Below, piece after piece: positions 49,856-60,040 of a stretch of 64,000 bases of DNA (the first letter of the stretch is position 1; every line of letters starts with the position of its first letter). Under the pieces are notes generated by a model. It made no database searches, had not been told where the DNA came from, and was given only the letters and a program-made list of their open reading frames with translations. The DNA comes from a virus (taxonomy: Duplodnaviria > Caudoviricetes): positions 64,001-128,000 of IMG/VR virus record IMGVR_UViG_2974666281_000001; one strand, given 5' to 3'. The position numbers and the translations under genes were made by a program.

Positions 49856-51358
49856 GTGTACGACATAACTGTAAATTTTGAAGATTATAGTCATGTGAGA
49901 ATTGAATGCTCTGAGAGTGTTTTCTTCGAACTAAGAGACTACTTTAGCTTTGAAGCTGATGGCTATAAATTTAACCCGAAATACAAATATGGTCATTGGG
50001 ATGGACGTATTCGTCTACTTGATTATGACCGTCGTTTACCTTTTGGGCTTTACTCATTCATTTCTAAATTCGCGACTAATATGGATTATAAAGTCTATAT
50101 TGACCCTAAGATTGCAGAAAAAGAAGATATAACCCGAGCTGATTTCGATAAATGGCTGAGTGCTCTTGAGATTTATTCCGGGTCTACTAAGATTGACCCA
50201 CATTGGTATCAGAAAGACGCCGTCTATGAAGGTCTAGTAAATCGTAGAAACATTCTTAATTTACCAACTTCCGCAGGTAAATCATTGATTCAGGCACTCC
50301 TGGCTCGTTATTACGTTGAGAACTATGTAGGCAAAATTTTAATCATTGTTCCTACTACAGCTCTGGTTGACCAGATGATTGATGACTTCTGCGATTATCG
50401 TTTATTTGGTCGCAACAATATGCTAGGAATCCGTGGTGGTACTGCTCGTGATTCTGACGCAGAAATTTATGTTGCTACTTGGCAGACTGCGGTAAAACAA
50501 CCTAAAGAATGGTTTAGTCAGTTTGGTATGATGATGAACGACGAATGTCATTTAGCCACAGGCAAAAGTATTTCATCTATTATTTCAGGTCTTAATAACT
50601 GTGCCTTTAAATTTGGTCTTTCCGGTTCTTTAAAGGATGGCAAAGCTAATGTCATGCAATATATCGGCATGTTTGGCAACATCTTTAAACCAGTATCGAC
50701 TGCCCAGCTTATGGAAGATGGTCAAGTAACTGATTTGAAAATTAACTCTATTTTCTTACGCTATCCTGATAATGTTTGTGCTGCTATGAAAGGTAAAGAT
50801 TACCAAGCAGAGATTAAATATATTACATCAGTGAAGAAACGAAATAAATGGATTGCTTCATTAGCTGTTAAACTGGCCAAGCGCGATGAGAATGCGTTCG
50901 TCATGTTTAAAAATATTGCTCATGGCAAAGAGCTCTTTGAAATGATTAAAGAGACAGGCCATAAGGAAGTTTATTACGTATCAGGTGAAGTAAATACTGA
51001 AGCACGCAATGCCTTAAAGGTTATGGCTGAAAACGGTAAAGGCATCATTATAGTCGCTTCTTACGGTGTGTTCTCTACTGGTATTAGTGTTAAGAACTTA
51101 CATCACGTTATTTTGGCTCACCCAGTTAAATCAAAAATCATTGTGCTTCAGACAATTGGTCGTGTTCTCCGTAAACACACCTCTAAATCTATTGCTACTG
51201 TCTGGGACGTTATCGATGATATGGGTGTTAAACCAAAATCTGCTAATGCTAAAAAGAAATATGTTCATTTGAACTATGCATTGAAACATGCTCTTGAACG
51301 TATTCAGCGTTATGCAGAAGAAAAATTCAATTATGTAATGAAACAGGTAGACTTATGA
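49856..51358 (+). CDS. uvsW: SF2 DNA helicase UvsW
   Basis: LPTSAGKS; DECH; LSGS; QTIGRVLR; GTG start. Confidence 0.97.
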   Translation: MYDITVNFEDYSHVRIECSESVFFELRDYFSFEADGYKFNPKYKYGHWDGRIRLLDYDRRLPFGLYSFISKFATNMDYKVYIDPKIAEKEDITRADFDKWLSALEIYSGSTKIDPHWYQKDAVYEGLVNRRNILNLPTSAGKSLIQALLARYYVENYVGKILIIVPTTALVDQMIDDFCDYRLFGRNNMLGIRGGTARDSDAEIYVATWQTAVKQPKEWFSQFGMMMNDECHLATGKSISSIISGLNNCAFKFGLSGSLKDGKANVMQYIGMFGNIFKPVSTAQLMEDGQVTDLKINSIFLRYPDNVCAAMKGKDYQAEIKYITSVKKRNKWIASLAVKLAKRDENAFVMFKNIAHGKELFEMIKETGHKEVYYVSGEVNTEARNALKVMAENGKGIIIVASYGVFSTGISVKNLHHVILAHPVKSKIIVLQTIGRVLRKHTSKSIATVWDVIDDMGVKPKSANAKKKYVHLNYALKHALERIQRYAEEKFNYVMKQVDL

Positions 51359-51582
51359 TTGACTTCAAAGAATTTATATACGAAGCTGCAATTGAAGGGT
51401 TTATGAACAAGATAGCGTCGTGTCAGACGCTTGATGGTCTTAAAGAACTCGAAGGGTATTACAAGAAACGTTCTAAAGAAGCAGAACTTAAAGATACAGA
51501 TGATATTAGTGTTCGTGATGCATTAGCAGGTAAACGTACCGAACTTGAGTCAATGAATGACGAAGATGACGAAGACTTCTAA
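51355..51582 (+). CDS. uvsW.1: UvsW.1
   Basis: KIASCQTLDGLKELE.YYKKR; DDISVRDALAGKR. Confidence 0.93.
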   Translation: MIDFKEFIYEAAIEGFMNKIASCQTLDGLKELEGYYKKRSKEAELKDTDDISVRDALAGKRTELESMNDEDDEDF

Positions 51583-51645
51583 TACAAAAAAGCCCCAACC
51601 ATAAGGAAGGGGCAAAAACCAACAAGTGGCTACATCAACACTAGA

Positions 51646-51810
51646 CTAAATTAAAAGCTGCGTTTCATTTAACTGCTCTTGTGTGTCTTCAGTGACAGGC
51701 AGTTCACACGCATAATTATAGCACGGCCCAGGATGAACAGGGCCTTTGTCTGATTGAACAACCAATGCTGAATCGATTGGTGTTTTACAGACGACACAAA
51801 TCTCAGACAT
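51646..51810 (-). CDS. uvsY.-2: UvsY.-2 small Zn-finger-like protein (below ORF track cutoff)
   Basis: Hand translation MSEICVVCKTPIDSALVVQSDKGPVHPGPCYNYACELPVTEDTQEQLNETQLLI. Confidence 0.9.
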   Translation of the reverse strand: MSEICVVCKTPIDSALVVQSDKGPVHPGPCYNYACELPVTEDTQEQLNETQLLI

Positions 51811-51845
51811 GATTGTCTCCTTAGTTGTCGTTACATATCTATTTA

Positions 51846-52280
51846 TTACTTGCCACCAGCTTCAAATACACGGATATCAAGGATGTGTTTAATACTGAAT
51901 CCACGTGCTTTAACAGCATCCATAGCACTTGAACAAAATTCAAGCAAAATACCCCAGTACTGAAGTTGAGTTTCAACTTTAAGTACATTACTGTCTGCCG
52001 ACAGGACCATTTTCATTTCAGACTTCTCATAAGTGTCCATACACACTTCTTCGCCAGGCTCGCCGCGCCCAGTGTAGTAGTCTAATCTTCTTTTAAGTGC
52101 AGTCTTTTTCTGTGCTTCTATTCTTAAAATCTCTTTTCGACAAGTCGAATGCAGACGCAACCATTTTCCGTATAAAACAGGATTGTTTGCTGCTTCATAT
52201 TGCAACTTGGTTGAATCTATTCTTAAATCTTTATCCAACTCATCTTGAAAAGCTTCTAATTTAAATTCTAAATCACTCAT
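51846..52280 (-). CDS. uvsY: Recombination mediator UvsY
   Basis: KLQYEAANNPVLY.KWL; DYYTGR; YEKSEMK; FEAG. Confidence 0.96.
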   Translation of the reverse strand: MSDLEFKLEAFQDELDKDLRIDSTKLQYEAANNPVLYGKWLRLHSTCRKEILRIEAQKKTALKRRLDYYTGRGEPGEEVCMDTYEKSEMKMVLSADSNVLKVETQLQYWGILLEFCSSAMDAVKARGFSIKHILDIRVFEAGGK

Positions 52281-52310
52281 TAATGTTCCTTAGCAATAAC
52301 CCGTAAACCC

Positions 52311-52338
52311 ATTATACACATCATGAAAAGAAAGCATC
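52311..52338 (-). promoter_or_regulatory. Middle promoter PuvsY (ori(uvsY) equivalent in T4)
   Basis: ATGCTTTC-N13-TATAAT. Confidence 0.85.
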
Positions 52339-52732
52339 AACGGCTGTTACTTAACTGTAGCTTGATTTGCTCTATTGTGTCAGGGTTATCTATGATACTG
52401 AATTGGACAGTAACGATAAGAGTGTAACTGTCATAAAGAGGTGTGACATCGACTAGTAGTTTATCTATTCGTGGTTCAAAGTTTCTTATGGCAGCAGTGA
52501 TGTTTCGCTGAGTTGTGTCTGCTGTTAAAGGGGTCATGTTTTCAAAAAGCTGGTCTGATAATTCGCACCCGAATTCTGGGTTAAAGGGTCTCGACCCTTT
52601 ACGAGTTGTGATTATTCCTAATAGGCTGTTTTTAACAGCTCTTGACCCGGCAGCTTTTGCTATATCTTTATCCCAAGATTTATTCATCTCAGGGTCAATA
52701 TCTGTATAAAGTGTGTTTATGTTTTGAATCAT
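52337..52732 (-). CDS. 25: Baseplate wedge gp25
   Basis: KNSLLGIITTRKGSRPF.PEFGC; EPRI. Confidence 0.96.
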   Translation of the reverse strand: MIQNINTLYTDIDPEMNKSWDKDIAKAAGSRAVKNSLLGIITTRKGSRPFNPEFGCELSDQLFENMTPLTADTTQRNITAAIRNFEPRIDKLLVDVTPLYDSYTLIVTVQFSIIDNPDTIEQIKLQLSNSR

Positions 52733-53361
52733 TATAATAGCTTAAAGAATTCTTTAAGTCCTTCGATTACGTGAATATTTGATTCGCCGCATTCACATGA
52801 AATAGGCACTGCTAATACGACTTTAGGCTTCAGAAGCATAGCGGCAATATCTTTTAAAGCTTCACTAGAAATGGCTGAATACAAATCATCTAATTCTGCA
52901 TCAGATAAATCATCCACTTTAATAAGTGAACCATCGACATCAATGAATTCTATACATTTAGCAACCAGCATAGCTATGTTAGAATCATCGAATAATTCTG
53001 GATATTTGAACTTAACTTTAAAGTTCTCGAATTCCCACACTAGTGGCGCTGAGGGCTCATCTATTTGTGCGTGTGTAAAGTTAAGTGGTACTTCTTGCTC
53101 CCGCCCACAGGAACAAACCCAGGTGTGCTCATGGTTAACTTCACCTAACGAGTATGCCCAAAGTTTGATGAGCAAGAGTTCTGATTCTTGTCTGTTGAGA
53201 CCTTGTGCATCAGTACATTTTTTAATCAAATCTTTGATAGCCTGGTCAATAGTCCCTTTAAGTTTTGCTTCCATTAAATTCTTGTATTCACGTAAAGTAA
53301 AAGCTCTACAGTTGACCACTTTATCAGAGACATGTACGGTAAATTTATATTCAAAGTTCAT
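52732..53361 (-). CDS. 26: Baseplate hub assembly protein gp26
   Basis: CRAFTL.EY; QESELLL; CECG...I.GLKEFF; start MNFEYKF. Confidence 0.92.
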   Translation of the reverse strand: MNFEYKFTVHVSDKVVNCRAFTLREYKNLMEAKLKGTIDQAIKDLIKKCTDAQGLNRQESELLLIKLWAYSLGEVNHEHTWVCSCGREQEVPLNFTHAQIDEPSAPLVWEFENFKVKFKYPELFDDSNIAMLVAKCIEFIDVDGSLIKVDDLSDAELDDLYSAISSEALKDIAAMLLKPKVVLAVPISCECGESNIHVIEGLKEFFKLL

Positions 53362-53383
53362 AAAATGGCTCCTCTTGTATGAG

Positions 53384-53395
53384 TATTTATAAATA
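53384..53395. promoter_or_regulatory. Palindromic bidirectional late promoter for 26 and 51
   Basis: TATTTATAAATA reads TATAAATA on both strands. Confidence 0.85.
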
Positions 53396-53412
53396 GATAA
53401 AAGGAGATACTC

Positions 53413-54165
53413 ATGGCTAATATTGTTCGTTGTAAATTGCCTGACGGTGTCCATCGTTTCAAACCGTTCACAGTCGCCGATTATCGAGATTTCTTGTTAG
53501 TGCGCAATGACATGAACACTAAATCAAAAGAAGAACAAATAGAACTTATCGATGAACTTCTTGCTGATTATTTCGATGAATATCCTAAGTCATGGCGCCC
53601 ATACATTTTTATATCAGTTTTTACCTCGTCTATAGGTAAGACAAAAATACCCGTTTCTTTTGAATGCCCAACTTGTGGTGCTAAGAAACGGTTTATGCTT
53701 AACTTATCACAAGAACCTTTAGTGGCTCCTGTTATCGAAACATCAGGTATAAAAATAAAGTTCAAATATCCTGATGAAATAAATGAGGACCTTGTTGAAC
53801 TTATTAGTAAAAATATAGACACAGTTCAAGACTCGGATTCTGAGTACAAATGGTCTGAACTCGATGATGAAACTAAAGTCCAAGTAATAGATTCTATTGA
53901 TTACAAAGCATTTGAATCTTTGGTTAAAAAATTAAAACCTCTTCATATTGAAGTTTCATTTAAATGCTGCTCAGAATATAAATTTGTGTATGATTCTTTA
54001 ATCGACATTTTTAAAATATTGTTGAACCCTGACGAGGTGTTTAGTTTCTATCAAGTAAATCATTTATTAGTCAAAAGTCATTACGACTTAAATTCTGTCA
54101 TGGCTATGATTCCTATTGAAAGAAGTATTGCTTTGTCATTGGTTGAAAAGGACCTTAAGAAATGA
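53413..54165 (+). CDS. 51: Baseplate hub assembly catalyst gp51
   Basis: [30 protein letters not shown]. Confidence 0.95.
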   Translation: MANIVRCKLPDGVHRFKPFTVADYRDFLLVRNDMNTKSKEEQIELIDELLADYFDEYPKSWRPYIFISVFTSSIGKTKIPVSFECPTCGAKKRFMLNLSQEPLVAPVIETSGIKIKFKYPDEINEDLVELISKNIDTVQDSDSEYKWSELDDETKVQVIDSIDYKAFESLVKKLKPLHIEVSFKCCSEYKFVYDSLIDIFKILLNPDEVFSFYQVNHLLVKSHYDLNSVMAMIPIERSIALSLVEKDLKK

Positions 54166-55382
54166 GTAAATCAGTCCAACGTGCTGGATATCCTAACGTT
54201 TCTATTAAGCTTTATCAAGATTATGACGCTTGGCTTCAGAACCGTTTTGTTGAACTTGCAGCCACATTCACAACACTAACAATGCGAGATGGTCTTTACG
54301 GTAATAACGAAGGACTTCTCCAGTTTTATGATAACAAAAATTTGCATACTAAAATGGATGGAGAACAAATTATCCAGATTTCTGTTGCAAATGCTAATAC
54401 ACAACGTACTATTTCAAGAATTTATGGAAGTAAGCACTTCAGTGTTGGCGTCGACTCTAAAGGGGATAACATCATCACTATTCAATTAGCCCCAATCCAT
54501 ATTCTTGAAAATTTAAAGTTCTCTCGTACTTTCTTTGCAAACGCATCTCAAAGTATAGCTGAAATGATTAACGTAATATATCAAGATAGACCTTTGATTT
54601 CGCCTGTGGTTGAATCATTGAACGTTTATGTTCCTAAGGTTCCTTGGTGTGACAATATTTCTAAATACTTTAACTTTGTTAGAGATACCGGATTAGCTGT
54701 CGATTCAGACCAATTTGTATTTGTTTGGGAAGATATTCAAGGTATAAGATTCATGGATTACCAACAAATGATAGCTCAAGAAGCTAAACCATTTATTATT
54801 GGTGAACCAAGATTGGTCGGGCAATTTGTTAACCAATTAGAAAATCCTATAGCTTTTGATTTTGAATGGCTTACTAAAGCTAATCAACATACACGCAATC
54901 CAATGACTAACGTGACAATTTACGCCCACTCTTTTGTTGATAAAGACGTAACTCGCATTGTTGTTGGTGAAGGACAGAACAGTGTATTAGTTTCTAGAAG
55001 TGGGGCTTACGCTGAACAAGTATACCGTAATGGGTATGAAGAAGCTTTACGTTTAGGGACTATGGCTCAGTACGATGGGTACGCACACGTAAAAACATAC
55101 GGTGATTTTGAATTGTGTCCAGGTCAAAAACTTAATTTTTATGACCAGAAAAACCAATTTGGAACCGATTTTTATATCGATGAAGTGATTCATGAAATAA
55201 GCAACAATCACTCAATCACTAATATCTACGCATTTACAAATGGTAAGCCGATTATTCCGGTAGAACCAATTAAGGTGAAAAATGAACTTAAAACTTATAA
55301 TCCCGATGAAAATATTGAAGATGAATGGGAAGGAAGTGAAGATACCGAAACTGGGACTGAAACACCACAAACTGATTCGTGA
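54162..55382 (+). CDS. 27: Baseplate hub gp27
   Basis: [28 protein letters not shown]. Confidence 0.95.
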   Translation: MSKSVQRAGYPNVSIKLYQDYDAWLQNRFVELAATFTTLTMRDGLYGNNEGLLQFYDNKNLHTKMDGEQIIQISVANANTQRTISRIYGSKHFSVGVDSKGDNIITIQLAPIHILENLKFSRTFFANASQSIAEMINVIYQDRPLISPVVESLNVYVPKVPWCDNISKYFNFVRDTGLAVDSDQFVFVWEDIQGIRFMDYQQMIAQEAKPFIIGEPRLVGQFVNQLENPIAFDFEWLTKANQHTRNPMTNVTIYAHSFVDKDVTRIVVGEGQNSVLVSRSGAYAEQVYRNGYEEALRLGTMAQYDGYAHVKTYGDFELCPGQKLNFYDQKNQFGTDFYIDEVIHEISNNHSITNIYAFTNGKPIIPVEPIKVKNELKTYNPDENIEDEWEGSEDTETGTETPQTDS

Positions 55383-55821
55383 TGTCAGGTCTCCGGATGA
55401 AAATCTTAAAATCCTTATGGATTCTATTTACCAGGGTTTAACGGCTGCTGAAACAGATTTAGTAGCTTTACATCTTTTAGCTTTTAACCACAAATTAAAA
55501 GAAGAGGTCATAAAAGATGGCTTCACTTATAAACTATCCGAAGTTTATATCTGCCAACGCTTAGAACAACAATACAACGGGCATACTTTTTACTTCCGTT
55601 CTAATAAGCCGTTTGAGCAATTTGGCGCTGTTGACGATGTTTTAAAAACGTGCTTTATTAAAGTAGACGAATCTACAGAGTATCCTGATTTTATGGACAT
55701 GCCAGCGTTTGTTACTAAATGGGCAGACGATATTACTTCAACTGTCGCTATTCCTGGGCCTAATGGCCCTATCAAAGGAATAGGTCATATCATGGACATA
55801 TTAAATGAAAAAGCCAAGTAA
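55282..55821 (+). CDS. 28: Baseplate hub distal subunit gp28
   Basis: IPKLGLKH; YICQRL; MPAFV.KWA. Confidence 0.92.
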   Translation: MNLKLIIPMKILKMNGKEVKIPKLGLKHHKLIRDVRSPDENLKILMDSIYQGLTAAETDLVALHLLAFNHKLKEEVIKDGFTYKLSEVYICQRLEQQYNGHTFYFRSNKPFEQFGAVDDVLKTCFIKVDESTEYPDFMDMPAFVTKWADDITSTVAIPGPNGPIKGIGHIMDILNEKAK

Positions 55822-57562
55822 TATGAGTACAATGCGACGTAAACAGATTGAAGATTCAGCGCCTGAGCGAAAAGCTCAGGCAACTGCCGATTCTCAAGTC
55901 GCATCATTAAACGATCTTAATTCAGGCTTAGGGGACCTCCAAGCCTCAAGTGAATTAATTGCTGATACCGTAGAAAATAAAGGTAATCAGATTCTAGGGA
56001 GTATCAGCGAATTAGGAAGTGGAATCCAAGAAGTTGCTGCTGCTTCTGAATTAGCTGCTGAAGCCTCTGAAAAAACCACTGAAGAAACTAGAAAATTAAA
56101 TGATGTTGCAGCTACCATCTCTGATAAACTTTCTAAGTTATCTCAGATGTTTGAACAAAAAATTAGTGGAACAGGAACAGATGTACCAGCATCTTCTCAG
56201 TCTAATGAATCAACTACATTAGCTGCTATTAAAGATGCTATGCCTCTTCAAGTAGAACAGCCTTCATTAAAAGAGCTTTTAGAAAAATTAATTCCAGATA
56301 ACCACCCTCTTCCTCCTGCTGACCCATTCCCAGAAGAACCTCAGGCTGAAGATAAACCTTCTAAACAAAAGAAAGATGGTGGCGATGGTCTTAAATTGGA
56401 AGACCTTTTAAAAGTAACTAAATCTGGGTTCAAAGCTACTATTGGTATAACCGATAAAATAGCAGGAATGTTATTTAAATTTTCTATAGCTGCTGCCGCA
56501 GAAGCAGCTAAAATGGCTGGTATGATATTTGCTGTTATTCTTGGTATAGACTTAATTAAAATTCATTTCAAATATTGGAGCGATTTATTCAATAAAAGTT
56601 TTGAAGAATTTTTTGAAAAGGCTGAAGAGTGGGGTCCTTTAATACAATCCGTAGTAGAAATGGCTGGTGAAATTTCTAATATGTGGAGCGAAAAGAACTG
56701 GTCTGGATTAGCTATGGCCATTATTAAAGGTATTGGTGATATCACGGTATCATTAGCTGATTTGATGTTTTTAGGTATCACTAAAATTACTGCGGCTATC
56801 CTCAGAGCAATAGGTATGGATGATAAGGCATTGACTGTAGAAGGTTATGGCTTAGAAAAATTCCAAGAATCTGGTGCAGCTCTTGACGATAAAGACCAAG
56901 AAACTCTGGCCCGCTATCAAGATCGTAATATGCTTGAAGATTCTAAAAAACGCCTTGAGTTCGCTGAAAAAATGAAAGACAAAACAGTACGAACCGTTGC
57001 TTTACAATACGGTTCTATTACTCAAGAAGAAGCAGACCAAATCGAAGCTGGGACTTATGTTAGACCTTCTGATAAAATGGCTGAACTTCCTGAAGATCAA
57101 CGTATTAATATTCTTAAGGCTCGTAACGAAGCTAAAGCTGCGATTAAACGTACTGAAGATTTAGCAGCTAAAACAAAACCTGATGATAAATCTAGAATTG
57201 AAAATTTAGACAAATCTATTGGTTCTATTTCAGATAGACTGAATGACCCTGCATTAGCAAATGCTCCTGAAGTCCGTAAAGAACTTCAAGAAGATTTATC
57301 TAAACTCACAGGCGAAGTTGAAAAGATTAAAGCTCCTATCAAAGTTGCTCCTGCTCCTGTTGAAGAACAAGAAGACGTTCAGAAAACTAAACGAATTGAA
57401 GAACAACAAAGAGCTATATCCGCTCCTACAGGCGCAGGCACTGGTGCAGCAAATATAGTGTCTAATACAGTTTTAAATAAGACTAATAAGACATCATATA
57501 ATATGCCGCCGCAAAGTTCTACTCCTGCGCCGGGTATGGGTGCATCAGCCCGTGTTAATTAA
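55805..57562 (+). CDS. 29: Baseplate hub / tail length determinator gp29
   Basis: ITDKIAGMLFK; DLIKIHFKYW; C-terminal TPAPGM; synteny. Confidence 0.92.
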   Translation: MKKPSNMSTMRRKQIEDSAPERKAQATADSQVASLNDLNSGLGDLQASSELIADTVENKGNQILGSISELGSGIQEVAAASELAAEASEKTTEETRKLNDVAATISDKLSKLSQMFEQKISGTGTDVPASSQSNESTTLAAIKDAMPLQVEQPSLKELLEKLIPDNHPLPPADPFPEEPQAEDKPSKQKKDGGDGLKLEDLLKVTKSGFKATIGITDKIAGMLFKFSIAAAAEAAKMAGMIFAVILGIDLIKIHFKYWSDLFNKSFEEFFEKAEEWGPLIQSVVEMAGEISNMWSEKNWSGLAMAIIKGIGDITVSLADLMFLGITKITAAILRAIGMDDKALTVEGYGLEKFQESGAALDDKDQETLARYQDRNMLEDSKKRLEFAEKMKDKTVRTVALQYGSITQEEADQIEAGTYVRPSDKMAELPEDQRINILKARNEAKAAIKRTEDLAAKTKPDDKSRIENLDKSIGSISDRLNDPALANAPEVRKELQEDLSKLTGEVEKIKAPIKVAPAPVEEQEDVQKTKRIEEQQRAISAPTGAGTGAANIVSNTVLNKTNKTSYNMPPQSSTPAPGMGASARVN

Positions 57563-57570
57563 GGAATTTT

Positions 57571-58671
57571 ATGAACGTAACATTATTAGATAATCCAGGA
57601 GCGGTGAGTTTTACTAAAGCTGCTCCAAGAGATTTAATCCCTGACATTCCTAAATTTGTTAAGGGCGAAACAACCTCAGCGGGACAGAGTAAACTGTCCC
57701 CTATTCGCAAAACTATTACTGCTCAATATCCAGCAGAACGTGCTTCAGGTAATGATGGTATTAATGACTTAAGGATTAACGACCTCTATAAAAATGGGCT
57801 GTTATTTACAGCCTATGATTATAAATCAAGAACTACTCCTGATATGCGTTCTTTACGAGCGTCAGAAATTGATAAAGCTCTTGGGTCTTTTAATCCAGTA
57901 AAAGGGACTTCTATAGAAAGTGCTAAAACATTTGATAAAAGCCCTATAGCTAATATACTTTTACCACGTTCTAAATCTGATGTTGATTCGGTTTCACACA
58001 AATTTAATGATGTTGGCGAATCGCTTATTACTCGTGGTGGAGGGACTGCCACTGGAGTATTGAGTAATATCGCATCTACTACTGTATTTGGTGCAATTGA
58101 ATCAATGACCCAAGGTTGGATGTCCGACCACGGTGAACAGATTTATAACACTGCTCGTAGTATGTACGCTGGTCCAGATAACCGTACGAAGGTATTTACT
58201 TGGGATTTAACCCCTCGTAACGTCCAGGATTTAATTCAAATTGTCAACATCTACGAGACTTTTAACTATTTCTCGTATGGTGAAACAGGCAATAGTAATT
58301 TCGCTGCTGAGTTAAAAGAGCAAATCGATACATGGTATAAAACGACCTTTATTGATAAATTAACTCCTGACGGAGCTGACACAAGCAATACAATGATGGA
58401 GCAAGTAACTTCATTCTTGAGTAATGTTATCGTTGTAAGTAACCCTACGGTGTGGTTTATTCGTAACTTTGGTAAGACTTCTTCATTTGATGGAAGACCA
58501 GATGTATTTGGTCCTTGTCAAATCCAAAGTATTCGTTTTGATAAATCGCCTAATGGTAACTTTAATGGATTAGCTGTTGCTCCTAACCTTCCAAGTTCAT
58601 TTGTTCTCGAAATCACTTTCCGTGAAATCTTGACCTTGAACCGTGGAACTCTTTATAATGGAGCTTTATAA
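57571..58671 (+). CDS. 48: Baseplate tail tube cap gp48
   Basis: AQYPAERASGND; NILLPRSKSDVD; GPCQIQSIRFDK. Confidence 0.95.
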   Translation: MNVTLLDNPGAVSFTKAAPRDLIPDIPKFVKGETTSAGQSKLSPIRKTITAQYPAERASGNDGINDLRINDLYKNGLLFTAYDYKSRTTPDMRSLRASEIDKALGSFNPVKGTSIESAKTFDKSPIANILLPRSKSDVDSVSHKFNDVGESLITRGGGTATGVLSNIASTTVFGAIESMTQGWMSDHGEQIYNTARSMYAGPDNRTKVFTWDLTPRNVQDLIQIVNIYETFNYFSYGETGNSNFAAELKEQIDTWYKTTFIDKLTPDGADTSNTMMEQVTSFLSNVIVVSNPTVWFIRNFGKTSSFDGRPDVFGPCQIQSIRFDKSPNGNFNGLAVAPNLPSSFVLEITFREILTLNRGTLYNGAL

Positions 58672-59636
58672 TGTTTACATTAGAAGAATTTAAAAACCAA
58701 GCTGGTAATATTGACTTCCAACGCACTAACCTTTTTAGTGTTGTATTTGCAACAACTCCATCTAGCAAATCGCAACAACTTTTAGACCAATTTGGTGGTA
58801 CGTTATTCAATAATATTGCAGTGGATTCTGACTGGTTAGGATTAAAGCCTGGGGATATCACCCAGGCAGTAACCGCTGTGGCCGTAGCTGGCGGCCAGCA
58901 GTTAATTCGAAAGTCAGGTATAAGTAAATATCTGATTGGCGCCATGTCTAACAGGGTTGTGCAGAGCTTACTAGGTGAGTTCGAAGTAGGAACATATTTG
59001 TTAGACTTTTTTAATATGGCATTTCCAACTTCAGGTTTAATGGTCTCTGCAGTTAAGATTCCAGAAAACCAATTACAACACGAAATGGATTTAAACCATA
59101 ACGCACCAAACATTAGAATCACTGGGCGTGATTATACCCCATTAATTCTTACTTTCCGAATAGACCCTGAAGCAAGTAATTTCCGTGCAATGCATGATTG
59201 GGTTAACTCTGTTCAAGACCCGGTAACAGGATTAAGAGCATTACCTGAAGATGTTGAAGCTGACATCCAAGTTAACCTCCATGCTCGTAATGGATTACCA
59301 CATACCGTAATGATGTTCCAAGGATGTGTCCCTGTGGGCGTCAGTGCACCTGAATTATCTTATGATGGTGATAATCAGATTGCAACATTTGATGTCTCTT
59401 TCGCCTACAGGGTTATGTCTGTTGGTGCTGTAGGACGTCAGGCGGCTATGGATTGGTTAGAAGATAAAGCTATAAACGTTATCAGTGGAATTAGTTCTGA
59501 AATGAGCTTAAACTCTAGTCTTTCTAGATTAAGTCGACTTTCAGGAGCAGGCGGTGGGTTGAGTAGTGTTCTTACTGGCGCTGGAAGAAAGACCGGATTA
59601 TGGTCATCGCAATCGAAGATTTTGGGTGGGATATAA
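58671..59636 (+). CDS. 54: Baseplate tail tube initiator gp54
   Basis: NIDFQRTNLFSVVFAT; DVEADIQVNLHARNG. Confidence 0.95.
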   Translation: MFTLEEFKNQAGNIDFQRTNLFSVVFATTPSSKSQQLLDQFGGTLFNNIAVDSDWLGLKPGDITQAVTAVAVAGGQQLIRKSGISKYLIGAMSNRVVQSLLGEFEVGTYLLDFFNMAFPTSGLMVSAVKIPENQLQHEMDLNHNAPNIRITGRDYTPLILTFRIDPEASNFRAMHDWVNSVQDPVTGLRALPEDVEADIQVNLHARNGLPHTVMMFQGCVPVGVSAPELSYDGDNQIATFDVSFAYRVMSVGAVGRQAAMDWLEDKAINVISGISSEMSLNSSLSRLSRLSGAGGGLSSVLTGAGRKTGLWSSQSKILGGI

Positions 59637-59664
59637 AAAAAGGGAGAGCGAAAGCTCTCCCTTT
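59635..59664. terminator. Bidirectional terminator
   Basis: AAAAAAAGGGAGAGC-GAAA-GCTCTCCCTTT. Confidence 0.88.
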
Positions 59665-59669
59665 AGGGT

Positions 59670-59981
59670 TTATTTACGGAAGCCGATGAAAGCTGGGAGT
59701 TCAAGGAACAGACTAACAAATGAAGTCTCTTCAGACGAACCTTTATGGAAGAACTGTACTGAAACCGGGAATTCACCTTCGATATTTCCGTGGAGGATTC
59801 CATTTACAATGCTATCAGTTTGGTCTTCTTTACCAAAGACCTCTTGTGGAACCATTACTACATCGTAGAGTTCAGGATTCTTTAGAATCAAAGCAGTAGC
59901 TTTAGTTGCAAACTCTTCTGAGATAGGAGTAACATTTTCAACAGTAAGTTCAGTTTGGTTCAGACGTAAGATAGATTTCAT
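59670..59981 (-). CDS. alt.-3: Alt.-3 homolog
   Basis: MKSILR...EL.VE.V.P; QT.SI..G...G..E.E.PV; AFI.FRK; start ATG 59981. Confidence 0.8.
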   Translation of the reverse strand: MKSILRLNQTELTVENVTPISEEFATKATALILKNPELYDVVMVPQEVFGKEDQTDSIVNGILHGNIEGEFPVSVQFFHKGSSEETSFVSLFLELPAFIGFRK

Positions 59982-60007
59982 ATTAAGTTCCTCATGTTTG
60001 TGTAGGA

Positions 60008-60040
60008 ACATAGTACCACGTCCTTGTGGTGTTGTAAACT
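60008..60040 (-). promoter_or_regulatory. Early promoter
   Basis: AGTTTACA...TGGTACTAT. Confidence 0.8.

Noticed and set aside
51355-51582. uvsW and uvsW.1 as a frameshifted pseudogene
   Set aside because: The two-ORF arrangement with ATGA overlap is the normal T4 organisation
51811-51845. Absence of T4 uvsY.-1 (and of segC, segD, segE, 5.3 and repEA/EB at their T4 positions)
   Set aside because: Variable non-essential genes; ordinary divergence among T4-like phages
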